Positions 17,538 to 26,853 of a stretch of 64,000 bases of DNA are shown here, piece after piece. Source of the DNA: a virus; the IMG/VR virus record IMGVR_UViG_3300010403_000024, positions 1 through 64,000 of that record; one strand, 5' to 3'. The position numbers and the translations under genes are program-made. The notes beneath the pieces are model-generated. The model was not told the origin of the DNA, did no database searches, and saw only the letters and a program-made list of their open reading frames with translations. Each line of letters starts with the position of its first letter. The first letter of the stretch is position 1.

Positions 17538-19120
17538 ACCGAAATGATCCCGGATTCTTCCACGTCGGGCTGCGGGCGGGCGGTGGGCTTGAACGCCTCT
17601 TCGAGCATCTCGGCCTGCATCTCCTTAAAGATCGGGTAGGAAAGGGCGTCGAAGACGTGGAGGTCCTCGCTTTTGACGATGTAGTGGTTGTTCGATTGGG
17701 AGAGGTTCTCCAGCATCTTGCGGACCTTGACGCATTTGGCGGAGATGAACAGCCGCTCCTCCTGCAGCAGGATCGAGATCATGCGGACGCGGGTGCGGCG
17801 GCTGTGCGCGGGTTTATGGACCCCTTCGAGCGAGATCGTGCCCCCGGAGGCTTTGGAGATTTCGAGGTAGTCGTAGGGGTTGTCGCTGTTCGGGCGGAAG
17901 ACGTTGAGGGCCGAGTCGTCGGCGTAATGGTCCCACTCGAACTTCTTGCCCGCATGCTTCTCGATGGTCAGGATCGATTGCATGACCCATTCGGTGAAGA
18001 CATCGAGTTTGACGCATTCGTCGTGGGACATGCCGGTGCCGATGTGAACGATCTCGTCCAGAACCGTCCAGCAGCTAATCTCCTTGCCCGCGACCAGCCG
18101 CAGCCATTTATCGAGCAGGATGACGGCGTGGTTGACGCCCCCGATGTCCCATCCGGATTTGAGCTTGGTGGTGGTCGGGGCAACCTGGGCCTGATCCTCT
18201 TCGCCGTCGTTTCCACCGACCAGGTGTTTCGAAGGGCTGAACAAGTGGCGGAAATGGAACTTGGTCTCGAAGCCGCCGACGCCCCAGATGCCGTCGTAAT
18301 AGGCTTCTTTGAGGGCCCGGTCGCCGCGGCAGGTGGCGAAGAGCCGCACCTGCTGCTGGCGGGTCATGTGTGGGTTATCGCGCCAATGCATGTGGATGAC
18401 GCGCATCTGCTTGTAGAGCTCGGACATCATGGCGCGCTCGTCGTCGGTCTCCTCCGGGATCGGGGGTTTGTTGCGCTCGACGTAAAAGACCTGATAGATC
18501 CAACTGTTGCGCCCCATCACCTCGTCGGGGTTGGTATCGGCGATCCATTCGATGAAATTTTCGGCGTATTTCTCCATGCCAGGCATGCGCAGGCTGTTGA
18601 TCGTGATCGGGAGCAGCTTGCGCTCTTTCCACATCGAAAGCTCGACGAAGTACATGCCGGAGAAGTTTTTATTTTTGACCTTCTCCTCGATCTCGTTCTC
18701 GTTATTGATCGAGAAGAGCCAGACCCGGGAGCGGCCCCCGTACCAGTTGCGGACATCGCAGTAGGCGGTGCGGGTGTTGGCATCGACCTTGGGGCCGGGG
18801 TTGCCCTCGGCCGTCTTGCTGACGATGGCGAAGCGGCTCTTGCCGTCGCGCCCGACCAGGTTGGCGTCGATCCATTGGGGCAGGATATGCTCGATCAGCA
18901 TCTGCCAGGAGCCGCCGTCTTTGGCGAGCTTGACCGATTTGGCGAAGATGCCGTATTGGGCGGCGGGAGTCATCCAGAGGTGCTTGGCGATGCGGTGGAG
19001 GATGGAATAGGTCTTCCCGCTCCAGCGGCTGCCGTCCACAAGAATGATCTGCTCACGACAGTTAAACACGTCCCATTGCTTAGAGAAAAGTGAGGGTAGC
19101 CATTGGGGATGGTCGGACAT
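17534..19120 (-). CDS. terL: Terminase large subunit
   Basis: LFSKQWDVF Q-motif, GSRWSGKT Walker A, MYFVE Walker B, DTNP, DNPH, GWDIG nuclease, HVFDALSY. Confidence 0.9.
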   Translation of the reverse strand: MSDHPQWLPSLFSKQWDVFNCREQIILVDGSRWSGKTYSILHRIAKHLWMTPAAQYGIFAKSVKLAKDGGSWQMLIEHILPQWIDANLVGRDGKSRFAIVSKTAEGNPGPKVDANTRTAYCDVRNWYGGRSRVWLFSINNENEIEEKVKNKNFSGMYFVELSMWKERKLLPITINSLRMPGMEKYAENFIEWIADTNPDEVMGRNSWIYQVFYVERNKPPIPEETDDERAMMSELYKQMRVIHMHWRDNPHMTRQQQVRLFATCRGDRALKEAYYDGIWGVGGFETKFHFRHLFSPSKHLVGGNDGEEDQAQVAPTTTKLKSGWDIGGVNHAVILLDKWLRLVAGKEISCWTVLDEIVHIGTGMSHDECVKLDVFTEWVMQSILTIEKHAGKKFEWDHYADDSALNVFRPNSDNPYDYLEISKASGGTISLEGVHKPAHSRRTRVRMISILLQEERLFISAKCVKVRKMLENLSQSNNHYIVKSEDLHVFDALSYPIFKEMQAEMLEEAFKPTARPQPDVEESGIISV

Positions 19121-19131
19121 GGCAGGACGGG

Positions 19132-19362
19132 TCAGACCGACCAGTTAAGCAGCCGCACGCTCTCATGAAAGCCGCAGCCCTCGCGCGGGCAGACGACGGA
19201 GGGGCTGACCACGCCGTCGGGCAGGATGATGTGAGCGTGCTCGGAGCCGGCGACCAAACTGCTGATGTGGCCGTTAGGGCAGCGCATCAGCACGCATGCG
19301 CCGTCGCGGGACCAGCCGAGTTTGCCGGATTTGGAAAGGTCGGCTTTGGGGACATCGGTCAT
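19132..19362 (-). CDS. Small Cys/His zinc-binding protein
   Basis: CPNGH...DGVVSPSVVC...CGFH. Confidence 0.7.
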   Translation of the reverse strand: MTDVPKADLSKSGKLGWSRDGACVLMRCPNGHISSLVAGSEHAHIILPDGVVSPSVVCPREGCGFHESVRLLNWSV

Positions 19363-19442
19363 AATTTCGCTTGCAATAGATAAGCACAGGGGGCAAGTGT
19401 GGCAACACTATGACTAAGCCAACTTAGCCGAAAGACACGCTT

Positions 19443-19808
19443 ATGAAGATCGATCTCAAGCAGAAACCGATGGAGCCATCCGAGAGTCCGATGGAGAAAG
19501 ACGGGTATTACCCAAGCTTTTCGTTCGAGACTTCTGAGGACCATGAGTTGCCAGAGAGCGGTACGATGACCATCGAATACAAGAAGACGAGCAGCACAGA
19601 GGAGGAGAGTGACGGCAAGACACGTTACCGCTGCACGATCCAGCCGCGGGCGATCCTTGGGGCTAAGGCCGGCAAGGGGGATTCGACAGAAGAGAACGAA
19701 GATAACGAAGAGGGAGAAGAAACCGAGGAAACGGAGACGGAGACCAAGCCAAAGAAGAAGCGCGAGCCGGGGGTCGAGGCGGTGTTGGGGAAGGCACAGG
19801 AATACTGA
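19443..19808 (+). CDS. Acidic hypothetical protein
   Basis: Directly upstream of portal. Confidence 0.7.
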   Translation: MKIDLKQKPMEPSESPMEKDGYYPSFSFETSEDHELPESGTMTIEYKKTSSTEEESDGKTRYRCTIQPRAILGAKAGKGDSTEENEDNEEGEETEETETETKPKKKREPGVEAVLGKAQEY

Positions 19809-19817
19809 CATCCTGGC

Positions 19818-22304
19818 ATGATCGACTTGGAGATCTTAAAACGGCGGGGATGCTCGCCTGAAGCGTGGCAGCGGATATTCACCAAACCTGAGAACAGCCT
19901 GCCGGTCTATAACCCTTGGAAGCAGCAGGACAATGTGCTGGCGCCGGATTACGACAAGATCACGGGCGAGTACACCAAACTCGAAGCCGTGGGCGAGGGG
20001 ATCGGGACTTTCCGCAACCGCATCCGCATGCGGATCATGGAGGGGCGCGAGTGGAACTTTCAGAACTACAAGATCTACAAAGGGCTGGACGACGCGCTGG
20101 ACGTGCCGTTGACGCGGGCCGTGACGCCCACATTACTCTCGCGGCTGTGCAACAAGGAAGGCGACGCCGAGAGCCTGAAGAAGGAACTGAGCGCCTGGGG
20201 CTTCAACCTGGATGACGTGATATTGGAAGCGCCCGACGCCAAGGTGCCGGGGCGCAACATCCGGAAGATCTCGGCGCCGAGCTTCTTCCAAATCTTCGTG
20301 CCGCTGGTCAAAGCCTACCTGACGATCCGGCGGGCCAAGATCATGAACGACCTGTCGCGGGGTCCGCTGTTCCCCTACAACCCGGCCTGGGAAAGCGCCC
20401 GGAGCCGATTGCAATGCGATGTCTTAACCTCCAGGGTGGAGGTGATGAGCGAGCAGATGGGCTACTGGAGCACCATCGACGAGGCGGTATTCAAGCTGCT
20501 CCATTACGGGCGGGCTTTTCAGTTTCCAGTCGAGGAATGGTATTCGGAGGAGCAGGAAGTCGAGAAGGAGGACCGGGCCAGCCGGGAGAACGGCAAGGCG
20601 CGGAAAGACAACGGACGCTTCGTGCGCGTGGTGAAAGAAGGGCTGCGCTACCATTTTCCGCATCCAACGCGCGTCTTCTGGGACCAGGCGTATGCGGCCA
20701 ACACCTTCAACACCGGGACCGGCTGCCAATATGCCGGCTACTGGCGGGTGTTCCGATACCGCGACATTTTGGGCAATGCCGGCTTCTACAACCGGGACCG
20801 GATCTTCATCGGCAACTACGGCTGGTATTCGATGAACAGCGTGTATTTCCAGAGCGTGTATCCGTGCGTGATGCAGTATCCCTGGCCGCCGGCGACGCCG
20901 ACCAACGACCGGGAAACGCGGCTGGTCGAGTTTGTCTATACCAAAGACATGGGGGACAAGCCGATTGTGCTGACCGAATATTTCGAGAAGGTGATCCCCA
21001 AGCAATGCGGGTTGGGCGACTACGATTATCCAGTCTGGGGCCGGTTCGTGGTGGCCGGCGACGACACCGTGGTCTATGCCGCACCCTTGCCCTACGACCC
21101 GGTGATCTACTGGCACTACGACGAGGACCCGTCGCGGCTGCACAACAGCAGCATGAGTTTGGAAATCCTGCCATGGCAGGATCATCTGGGCAATTTACTC
21201 ACCCAATACCTGCTCACGATCAAGGCCAATTTGGCCAACGTGACGTTTGTGGATGAGGACCTGGTGGAGAAACGCTTCATCGACCAGATCAAAAATTTAG
21301 GCGAGAAGCTGTTCCGGATGCGCAACTTCATTCCCTTCAGCGGCAAGAAGTTCCGAGCCGCCCAGTACGCAATCCCGAACGCCTTTTTCTCGCACAGCTT
21401 CCCGATGCTGGATTCCAACAGCCTGATCGGAGCGATGCGGATGATCCTGGATCTGACCGAGCGCGTATTGCAGATGTCGAGCCAGGAAGTGGGGGCGGCG
21501 GCCAGCCACGAACAGACCAAGGCGGAGGTGGTGGCGATCGGCAGCCAGACCAGCACGCGCTTGGATTACACCAAAGCGCCGGTCTATAACGGGCTGCACA
21601 CCATGGGGCGGCAGATCTATCACGCGCTGATGGCGTTTTCGGACGAGGAATTCTGGGCGCAGATCCCGGCCGAGCAGACGCTGACGCCGGAGCGCCTGAC
21701 CGAACTTGGATTTACGTTCGACGAGAAGGAGCATCCTCGAAGGCCGCACGACAGCAAGATGGTGGTGCGGGCCAAGAAGACGGCGATTATGATCGAGCGC
21801 TTCGCCCAGATGCGCCAGGGCGAGCCGGACAAGGACACGACGCAGATCGCGATGATCATTTTGCAGAGCTTGGATCGGCTGCTGGCCAACCCGATGCTCG
21901 GCATGGCGATTGGGGCCGAGCAGGCGCTCACGCTTGTAAATCTGGCTGGACGACTGGCGGGTTTCCCGCGCGACTTCAAGCTGAAGAACATGACCCCGCA
22001 GCTAAGCCCCGAACAGCAAGCCGAAGCGACACGCCAGCAGCTATCGGGCTTCGTGCAGGAGATCGAGGACAAGATTCTGGGCGAGGTTAAACAGGGCCTG
22101 CAACCGATTTTGGAGCACGACCGCCAGCAGGACGAAGCCATTGCGCACATCACTTCGATCATCGAGGCCGCCGAAGCACATCGACCGCCAGAGGGCATGC
22201 CGCCCGTGGTTGGAATGGTGCCACCGGGGGCAGTGCCGGGGATGGAAGCGGCAATGGCGCCAGGCATGGCACCGCCGGGCGTGGGCAACGGGATGCCGGT
22301 TTAA
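19818..22304 (+). CDS. Portal protein (podovirus type)
   Basis: 828 aa beside terminase, helical with Pro/Met/Gly-rich C-tail; mainly positional. Confidence 0.72.
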   Translation: MIDLEILKRRGCSPEAWQRIFTKPENSLPVYNPWKQQDNVLAPDYDKITGEYTKLEAVGEGIGTFRNRIRMRIMEGREWNFQNYKIYKGLDDALDVPLTRAVTPTLLSRLCNKEGDAESLKKELSAWGFNLDDVILEAPDAKVPGRNIRKISAPSFFQIFVPLVKAYLTIRRAKIMNDLSRGPLFPYNPAWESARSRLQCDVLTSRVEVMSEQMGYWSTIDEAVFKLLHYGRAFQFPVEEWYSEEQEVEKEDRASRENGKARKDNGRFVRVVKEGLRYHFPHPTRVFWDQAYAANTFNTGTGCQYAGYWRVFRYRDILGNAGFYNRDRIFIGNYGWYSMNSVYFQSVYPCVMQYPWPPATPTNDRETRLVEFVYTKDMGDKPIVLTEYFEKVIPKQCGLGDYDYPVWGRFVVAGDDTVVYAAPLPYDPVIYWHYDEDPSRLHNSSMSLEILPWQDHLGNLLTQYLLTIKANLANVTFVDEDLVEKRFIDQIKNLGEKLFRMRNFIPFSGKKFRAAQYAIPNAFFSHSFPMLDSNSLIGAMRMILDLTERVLQMSSQEVGAAASHEQTKAEVVAIGSQTSTRLDYTKAPVYNGLHTMGRQIYHALMAFSDEEFWAQIPAEQTLTPERLTELGFTFDEKEHPRRPHDSKMVVRAKKTAIMIERFAQMRQGEPDKDTTQIAMIILQSLDRLLANPMLGMAIGAEQALTLVNLAGRLAGFPRDFKLKNMTPQLSPEQQAEATRQQLSGFVQEIEDKILGEVKQGLQPILEHDRQQDEAIAHITSIIEAAEAHRPPEGMPPVVGMVPPGAVPGMEAAMAPGMAPPGVGNGMPV

Positions 22305-23371
22305 GTTTTCAGTTGGCTGGCGATAAATTCAACCTCTGACCAAGGGACTAGTGTGCAACCAACTTTGACCCCACTGGAACCGACTCGGTTTATCTGATGA
22401 TGATCCAGCGGGATTGATAATGAGAGCGACTGGTTTCGGTTTGCCAGCACGGCAGGCAAGGCGCGTTCGACGGCGGCCCTGCTCACGCTATTGCCGTTCG
22501 AGCACTCCACCAAATCTCCGTTGACGCGCAACGCGATGCCTTTGATTGCGATCCAAGCCCCGTGCTTACAGTCGCGCCAAGCTTGAATGGCGGACTCGTT
22601 GGCCAGAAATTCTTTACGCCGCCCGAAAGCAGCGTTTATTTCTTCCAACTCAAAGTGGCGGAAGTGCTCGGCGTTGATCTCAGCGGTGAGTTTCTGCGCG
22701 TCCTTTTCAGGATCGCAGGAAGCAATCTTGTCCAACACAGCTTTCACCCTGGCCTTGGCCGTGCGGCGCAAGGTAGCAATGGCGGCGTAGTGGATCACGA
22801 ACCGTTTGGCAATTTCCCTTTCGCCTGAAGTCTTGGGCGCTTTCTGAACTGTTAGCGAATGGCTATTGCCGACTTTCTTTGACGACGTGATGACGTACTC
22901 CGGATCGTAACCGACAGTGGCGCCCACCTTCAACCCATGCATGGTGCTCCTGTAATCTTTGTACGTGCAGGCCACCAAACTGTCCTCGCGCATCGAAGTG
23001 ACGGTTACATAGCGACCTTGCCAGGTGAATTGTGATCCGACATGGAGGCGCTCTGGGGTCTTGGCGTTTTCCTCCCAGAGAACGGCGGGCCGTTTCGCGA
23101 AAGCTTCAAAACTTTGTTGAGCCGACGCATGGTTAAGGCTGCAAGCGGCGGAGTAGAAGTGTTCACCGATATGACTGCCGGCGCCGTCACCAAACCACCA
23201 ACTCCCGCGCAAAGATTTATAGATGCGCCCGAAGGTGTCTGGCCGGAACGGAAGGTCGGCCTCAATGCAATTCATGAGCGTGCTGCGCAAGGCGGGATTG
23301 AGGCGTTTATAGCTGCGCTCGGGGGAACCTTCCAACATGCGCTCGCAGATGTCGTAAACAATGTCCTTCAT
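22301..23371 (-). CDS. Hypothetical moron protein
   Basis: Opposite strand, lower GC, own promoter and structured leader; start ATG 23371. Confidence 0.7.
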   Translation of the reverse strand: MKDIVYDICERMLEGSPERSYKRLNPALRSTLMNCIEADLPFRPDTFGRIYKSLRGSWWFGDGAGSHIGEHFYSAACSLNHASAQQSFEAFAKRPAVLWEENAKTPERLHVGSQFTWQGRYVTVTSMREDSLVACTYKDYRSTMHGLKVGATVGYDPEYVITSSKKVGNSHSLTVQKAPKTSGEREIAKRFVIHYAAIATLRRTAKARVKAVLDKIASCDPEKDAQKLTAEINAEHFRHFELEEINAAFGRRKEFLANESAIQAWRDCKHGAWIAIKGIALRVNGDLVECSNGNSVSRAAVERALPAVLANRNQSLSLSIPLDHHQINRVGSSGVKVGCTLVPWSEVEFIASQLKT

Positions 23372-23378
23372 ATAATCT

Positions 23379-23487
23379 AAAAAAAAGGCACCCGAACACC
23401 GATGTCTAAGCGCGGGCGTTGGGGAACGACCGCCAACGGCGAACGGATGCCAAATTGTTTGATGTGACTGCATGGGGCTTAGAACCC
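23379..23487 (-). ncRNA. C4-antisense-like RNA / attenuator leader
   Basis: Minus strand: GGGTTCTAAGCCCC target, then GGCATCCG...GCTTAGA...CGGGTGCC stem and U8 tract. Confidence 0.6.
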
Positions 23488-23503
23488 AATTAACAATGAC
23501 AGT

Positions 23504-23529
23504 TCCGCAAAGTTGCGGACAAATGTCAA
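23504..23529 (-). promoter_or_regulatory. TTGACA promoter with palindromic operator TCCGCAAAGTTGCGGA
   Basis: Motif recurs at 1050, 24534, 46357, 53709. Confidence 0.65.
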
Positions 23530-23532
23530 GCC

Positions 23533-24120
23533 CTACTCGGAGGTCTCGGCCAACACCAGCCGGATCAGGCGCTTACCTTGGCGCAGCGTGACTGGCATGG
23601 GACGCGCTCCAAAAGCCGTCTTGGTCGCTGGTCGCGCCACCAGCACACCGTCTCTCCATTCCAGTTCAAAGATGCCAAGATCGCTCTCCTTGCTGAAAGT
23701 GTCGGGCTTCTGCCGCTGGATCGGAATGAGGCCCTGAGGGGAGAACGCACGCTTGCACTCGCGCTCGGTCATGTCACGCACCGGCTTAAACACATTGTTG
23801 TGGTGCCCGCGTCGCACCGGGATCGGAGTGTTGGCCACCACCAGCGCCTGATCGCGGTAGGGTAATTGGGCGACGGCCCCGGCCAGGCGGGCAGGCAGGA
23901 GGAGGGTGCGCGGGTGGAGCTTTTTGTTGCCGATGTCTTCCAGTGTTTCGAGCATCTCCAGCGTGAGATCGGGGTTGATCTCCATGATGTCGTCGAAGAC
24001 GTTAGGCTTCTCCAGCTTCATCTCGACCAGCAGGCGCCCGGCGTCGAGCCACATATCGGCCCCCAGGTCGATCAGGGAGACTATCTTCTCGATCCGCTTC
24101 TCAATGCTGTAGGCCGGCAT
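23533..24120 (-). CDS. Hypothetical protein
   Basis: Protein-like ORF, WLDAGRLLVEM. Confidence 0.7.
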   Translation of the reverse strand: MPAYSIEKRIEKIVSLIDLGADMWLDAGRLLVEMKLEKPNVFDDIMEINPDLTLEMLETLEDIGNKKLHPRTLLLPARLAGAVAQLPYRDQALVVANTPIPVRRGHHNNVFKPVRDMTERECKRAFSPQGLIPIQRQKPDTFSKESDLGIFELEWRDGVLVARPATKTAFGARPMPVTLRQGKRLIRLVLAETSE

Positions 24121-24524
24121 GCCAGCAACTTAAAGCATCGGGCTACTCTGTAAACCCGGATTCGCCGTCGGCGCGCTTCCATGTTGTGTCTGGTCAACGG
24201 CAGTCCGTCCTTGCGCAGCAACCCGCGGATATAAGCCGGGGCCAACCGGCGGGTGGCGCGCTGCATCCGGGCACGGCGCGTGGAATAATTTTTGGAATAA
24301 TGCGCGGGCCAGTTCTTGCGGGCGGTGGCGTTGAAGCGCTGCCGGTTGCGAGCGATCCAGGCGCAGGAAGCGGCGATGGCGCGGACGCGATTGGCCCGAT
24401 ACCACGCTTTTCTGCTGCGGGAACAGCAGGCGCGGCACCAAGTCTGGAGCCCATCGCATTTGCTGGCGCGTCGGGCAAAGAGACGGCGCGGTTTGCGCCG
24501 GCCACATTTGGAACAGCGTTTTAT
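24081..24524 (-). CDS. Zinc-finger protein (HNH/EndoVII-associated N-terminal finger), putative ATA start
   Basis: IKRCSKCGRRKPRRLF...DGLQTWCRAC in the same frame as track ORF 24081..24266; no ATG/GTG/TTG before the finger. Confidence 0.6.
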   Translation of the reverse strand: MKRCSKCGRRKPRRLFARRASKCDGLQTWCRACCSRSRKAWYRANRVRAIAASCAWIARNRQRFNATARKNWPAHYSKNYSTRRARMQRATRRLAPAYIRGLLRKDGLPLTRHNMEARRRRIRVYRVARCFKLLACRPTALRSGSRR

Positions 24525-24533
24525 GTTTGCAAG

Positions 24534-24560
24534 TCAGCAAAGTTGCGGATAAAGGGTCAA
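24534..24560 (-). promoter_or_regulatory. TTGACC promoter with operator TCAGCAAAGTTGCGGA
   Basis: Same architecture as 23504. Confidence 0.6.
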
Positions 24561-24566
24561 GCGCAA

Positions 24567-24773
24567 ATGAACTTCTGGGGCATGAGCTTCTACTGGGATT
24601 GGTGGCGGATCGGCATCTGCCGCAGCCACCGGGCTTTCCTGAGTCAACTGGCCCCGGCGGACCATACTCCCAACCCGCTACCGATCCTGAGCCGGGCGAT
24701 CAACCGGGTCTGTCGGGCCTTTAATGTGCGGGTGCCAAGGTGGCGTCGTGGGCGCTGGAGGGCCAAGACGTAA
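24567..24773 (+). CDS. Small basic Trp-rich hypothetical protein
   Basis: ATG 24567, TAATG-coupled to next gene. Confidence 0.45.
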   Translation: MNFWGMSFYWDWWRIGICRSHRAFLSQLAPADHTPNPLPILSRAINRVCRAFNVRVPRWRRGRWRAKT

Positions 24774-25090
24774 TGTTGCCCATCGACTACGTGCCGCTTG
24801 AATCCCGCGAGGTGGAAGCCATCCAGCACTGGTTCGCCTCTGGGGCTTACCCACTGGTCTGTGAATGCCTGGAGGCGAAGATGGCGCAGGCCACGGAGTC
24901 GGCGCTCAAGGCGATGTGTGATGTCACCCTGACGGACGAGGCGCGGAACGAGCGGATGAGTCACTCCATAAAGGAATCACTCACCATCAAAGCCGCTTTA
25001 GACTTGCTGGAGACGCTGGCGCAGGGTTTCCATGGCGAGGATGAGAGCAACAAGTTTGAGTATTTGAGAATGACCGCGAAGTTGAAGTGA
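24773..25090 (+). CDS. Hypothetical protein
   Basis: Small helical gene before scaffold. Confidence 0.65.
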   Translation: MLPIDYVPLESREVEAIQHWFASGAYPLVCECLEAKMAQATESALKAMCDVTLTDEARNERMSHSIKESLTIKAALDLLETLAQGFHGEDESNKFEYLRMTAKLK

Positions 25091-25095
25091 TTTTT

Positions 25096-26772
25096 ATGGC
25101 TGACGAGAAGACCGACAAGACCCAAACCGAAACAGTAACACTCACGCCCGAACAGCAGGCGGCGCAGGAATTGCAAAAGCAGAACGACGACGCCTATCAG
25201 CGCGCGAAGTTCCTGCACGCCAACAACTACGGTCCGGACCCGGACAAGGAAGTGATCACGCTGCCGGACGGGACGGACGAGCGCGGGCGTCCCAAGATGA
25301 AGGAGTGGGATTTTCGCCCCAAAGCGGGCGACGAACCGCCGGCCGACAAACCGCCAGCCGAAACGACCGAGACCGAGACCGAAGAGCAGAAGGCGGCGCG
25401 GGAGGAAGAGGAACGGAAAAAGGCCGAGGCCAAAGCGGCGGACAGGGCCAGGAAGCCGAAGAAGGCCAAGGCGGAGGCGCCTGCGGCGCCGCCGGCACCG
25501 AGCCAGGAAGAGCTGGTTACGGCGGCGGCGACGGCGGCGGTCGAGGCGGTCAGGGCGTCGGACCGGCTAAAGCCGGGACTCCATACCCCGGCGGAGGACT
25601 TGGAACTGTCCGCGGCGGACAAGCGCGTACTCGAGGTGCTGGGCGGGTTGGAAACCGAGAATGAAGGTTACAAAGGGATCAAAGAAGCCACGATCAGCTT
25701 CTGGCGAAAGGAACGGGCTTATGTTGAAAACTGGGAGAAGGAGCATCCGGGTGAGGTTTTTGACCGCGAGAGCGATCACTATCTCGATTTCTGCCGCAAG
25801 CAGAATCCGGAGTTTAAGCACGCGAACTTCGACGAGGACTTCGAGCGCATGCAGATCGAGCAGGCGGCCGAGCGGGTGGTGCAGAAGCGGGTCTCGAAGC
25901 TGGAAGCGACCAGCCGGGCCACCGAGGAGAAGGTGGAAACCAAACTGCGCATGCGCGAGGAAGCCCAGGAAGTGGTGGGGTTGGCCCAGAGCGGCAAGGC
26001 CGAGTTTGTCGCACTGGTGGTGCCCGAATTGGTGAAAGCCGTTGCGGGCGAGGATGAGTTTGAGATCACGCCCGAAGCGGTGGCCAAGATGGAGGAGCAC
26101 GCGACGCCGGTGCAGATGCGGGTGATCGACGAATTGTCGGACGAGCTGGGTCTGCAACTGGTGGAGTTGGAGCGGCTCTCGCGCTACCCCAGCCAGTACC
26201 GTCCGAATGAGAACTGGAAAGTGGAGTTGAAGACATCTGGGCGCGAGGTCTATCCCCATCGCGAACTGCTGCATTACGCGGCGCGCCTGGAGGCGGCGGT
26301 GGCGAGCGATCCAAAGAACGCCCGCGGTGGCAAAGCCTTTTTGACCAGCGAAGACTGGCAGAAGCGGGTGGACTCCATCATGCAGGGGGCGGGCACGGTC
26401 GAGACCAAGCGCACCGCATTGCAGAAGCTGGATGCGACCCATTACCGGCTGGGGGTGGACGACATTCGCGGGGCGCTGATCGCCGAATACGGAGCACGCG
26501 CCAAGCGCAAGATCACCGAATTGGAGGAATTAGTGGCCTTGACGGGCAAAAAAAATGGAGCGGCCAAAACGGCGCTTGGGGCAGAGGTCAGAGGTCAGAA
26601 GTCAGAAGTCAAAGAGGGGGAAGGAACGGCTAACACCACGGTAAATACTGAGCAGCAGCGCACGCGGTCCAAGCCGCCGGCCTCGGCCTCGGCGTCTGAC
26701 AGAGTGAACGCGCCTGCGCCCAAGGAGTTGACGGAAGCAGAAAGATTGGAGTTGGCCCGCGCCCACTACTGA
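25096..26772 (+). CDS. Capsid scaffolding protein (putative)
   Basis: Acidic, helical, low complexity; directly upstream of capsid gene. Confidence 0.65.
   Translation: MADEKTDKTQTETVTLTPEQQAAQELQKQNDDAYQRAKFLHANNYGPDPDKEVITLPDGTDERGRPKMKEWDFRPKAGDEPPADKPPAETTETETEEQKAAREEEERKKAEAKAADRARKPKKAKAEAPAAPPAPSQEELVTAAATAAVEAVRASDRLKPGLHTPAEDLELSAADKRVLEVLGGLETENEGYKGIKEATISFWRKERAYVENWEKEHPGEVFDRESDHYLDFCRKQNPEFKHANFDEDFERMQIEQAAERVVQKRVSKLEATSRATEEKVETKLRMREEAQEVVGLAQSGKAEFVALVVPELVKAVAGEDEFEITPEAVAKMEEHATPVQMRVIDELSDELGLQLVELERLSRYPSQYRPNENWKVELKTSGREVYPHRELLHYAARLEAAVASDPKNARGGKAFLTSEDWQKRVDSIMQGAGTVETKRTALQKLDATHYRLGVDDIRGALIAEYGARAKRKITELEELVALTGKKNGAAKTALGAEVRGQKSEVKEGEGTANTTVNTEQQRTRSKPPASASASDRVNAPAPKELTEAERLELARAHY
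25560..25584 (+). repeat. REP-like palindrome GGACCGGCTAAAGCCGGGACTCCAT in frame in scaffold gene
   Basis: 24/25 identical to 26801-26825. Confidence 0.75.
26581..26614 (+). repeat. Heptamer repeat in frame in scaffold gene (AEVRGQKSEVKE)
   Basis: gcagaggtcagaggtcagaagtcagaagtc. Confidence 0.8.
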
Positions 26773-26800
26773 AAATCGTTTAAAACCTTGTGTTGAACGG

Positions 26801-26825
26801 GGACCGGCTGAAGCCGGGACTCCAT
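26801..26825 (+). repeat. REP-like palindrome in capsid leader
   Basis: GGACCGGCTGAAGCCGGGACTCCAT. Confidence 0.75.
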
Positions 26826-26853
26826 GCACGTGAAACACAAAGCTTAAACGATT

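Noticed and set aside
17657-19093. Long opposite-strand ORFs (e.g. 17657..19093, 39096..40631, 42402..43562, 53886..54896)
   Set aside because: Antisense shadows of high-GC genes with clear motifs on the other strand
24130-24540. Track ORF MLTCKHKT (136 aa) as the real gene
   Set aside because: The neighbouring frame carries a clear CxxC...CxxC finger; this frame has no recognisable features
10568-26614. Short repeats as a CRISPR array
   Set aside because: Units are 7-9 nt in tandem with no unique spacers, and no cas genes are present
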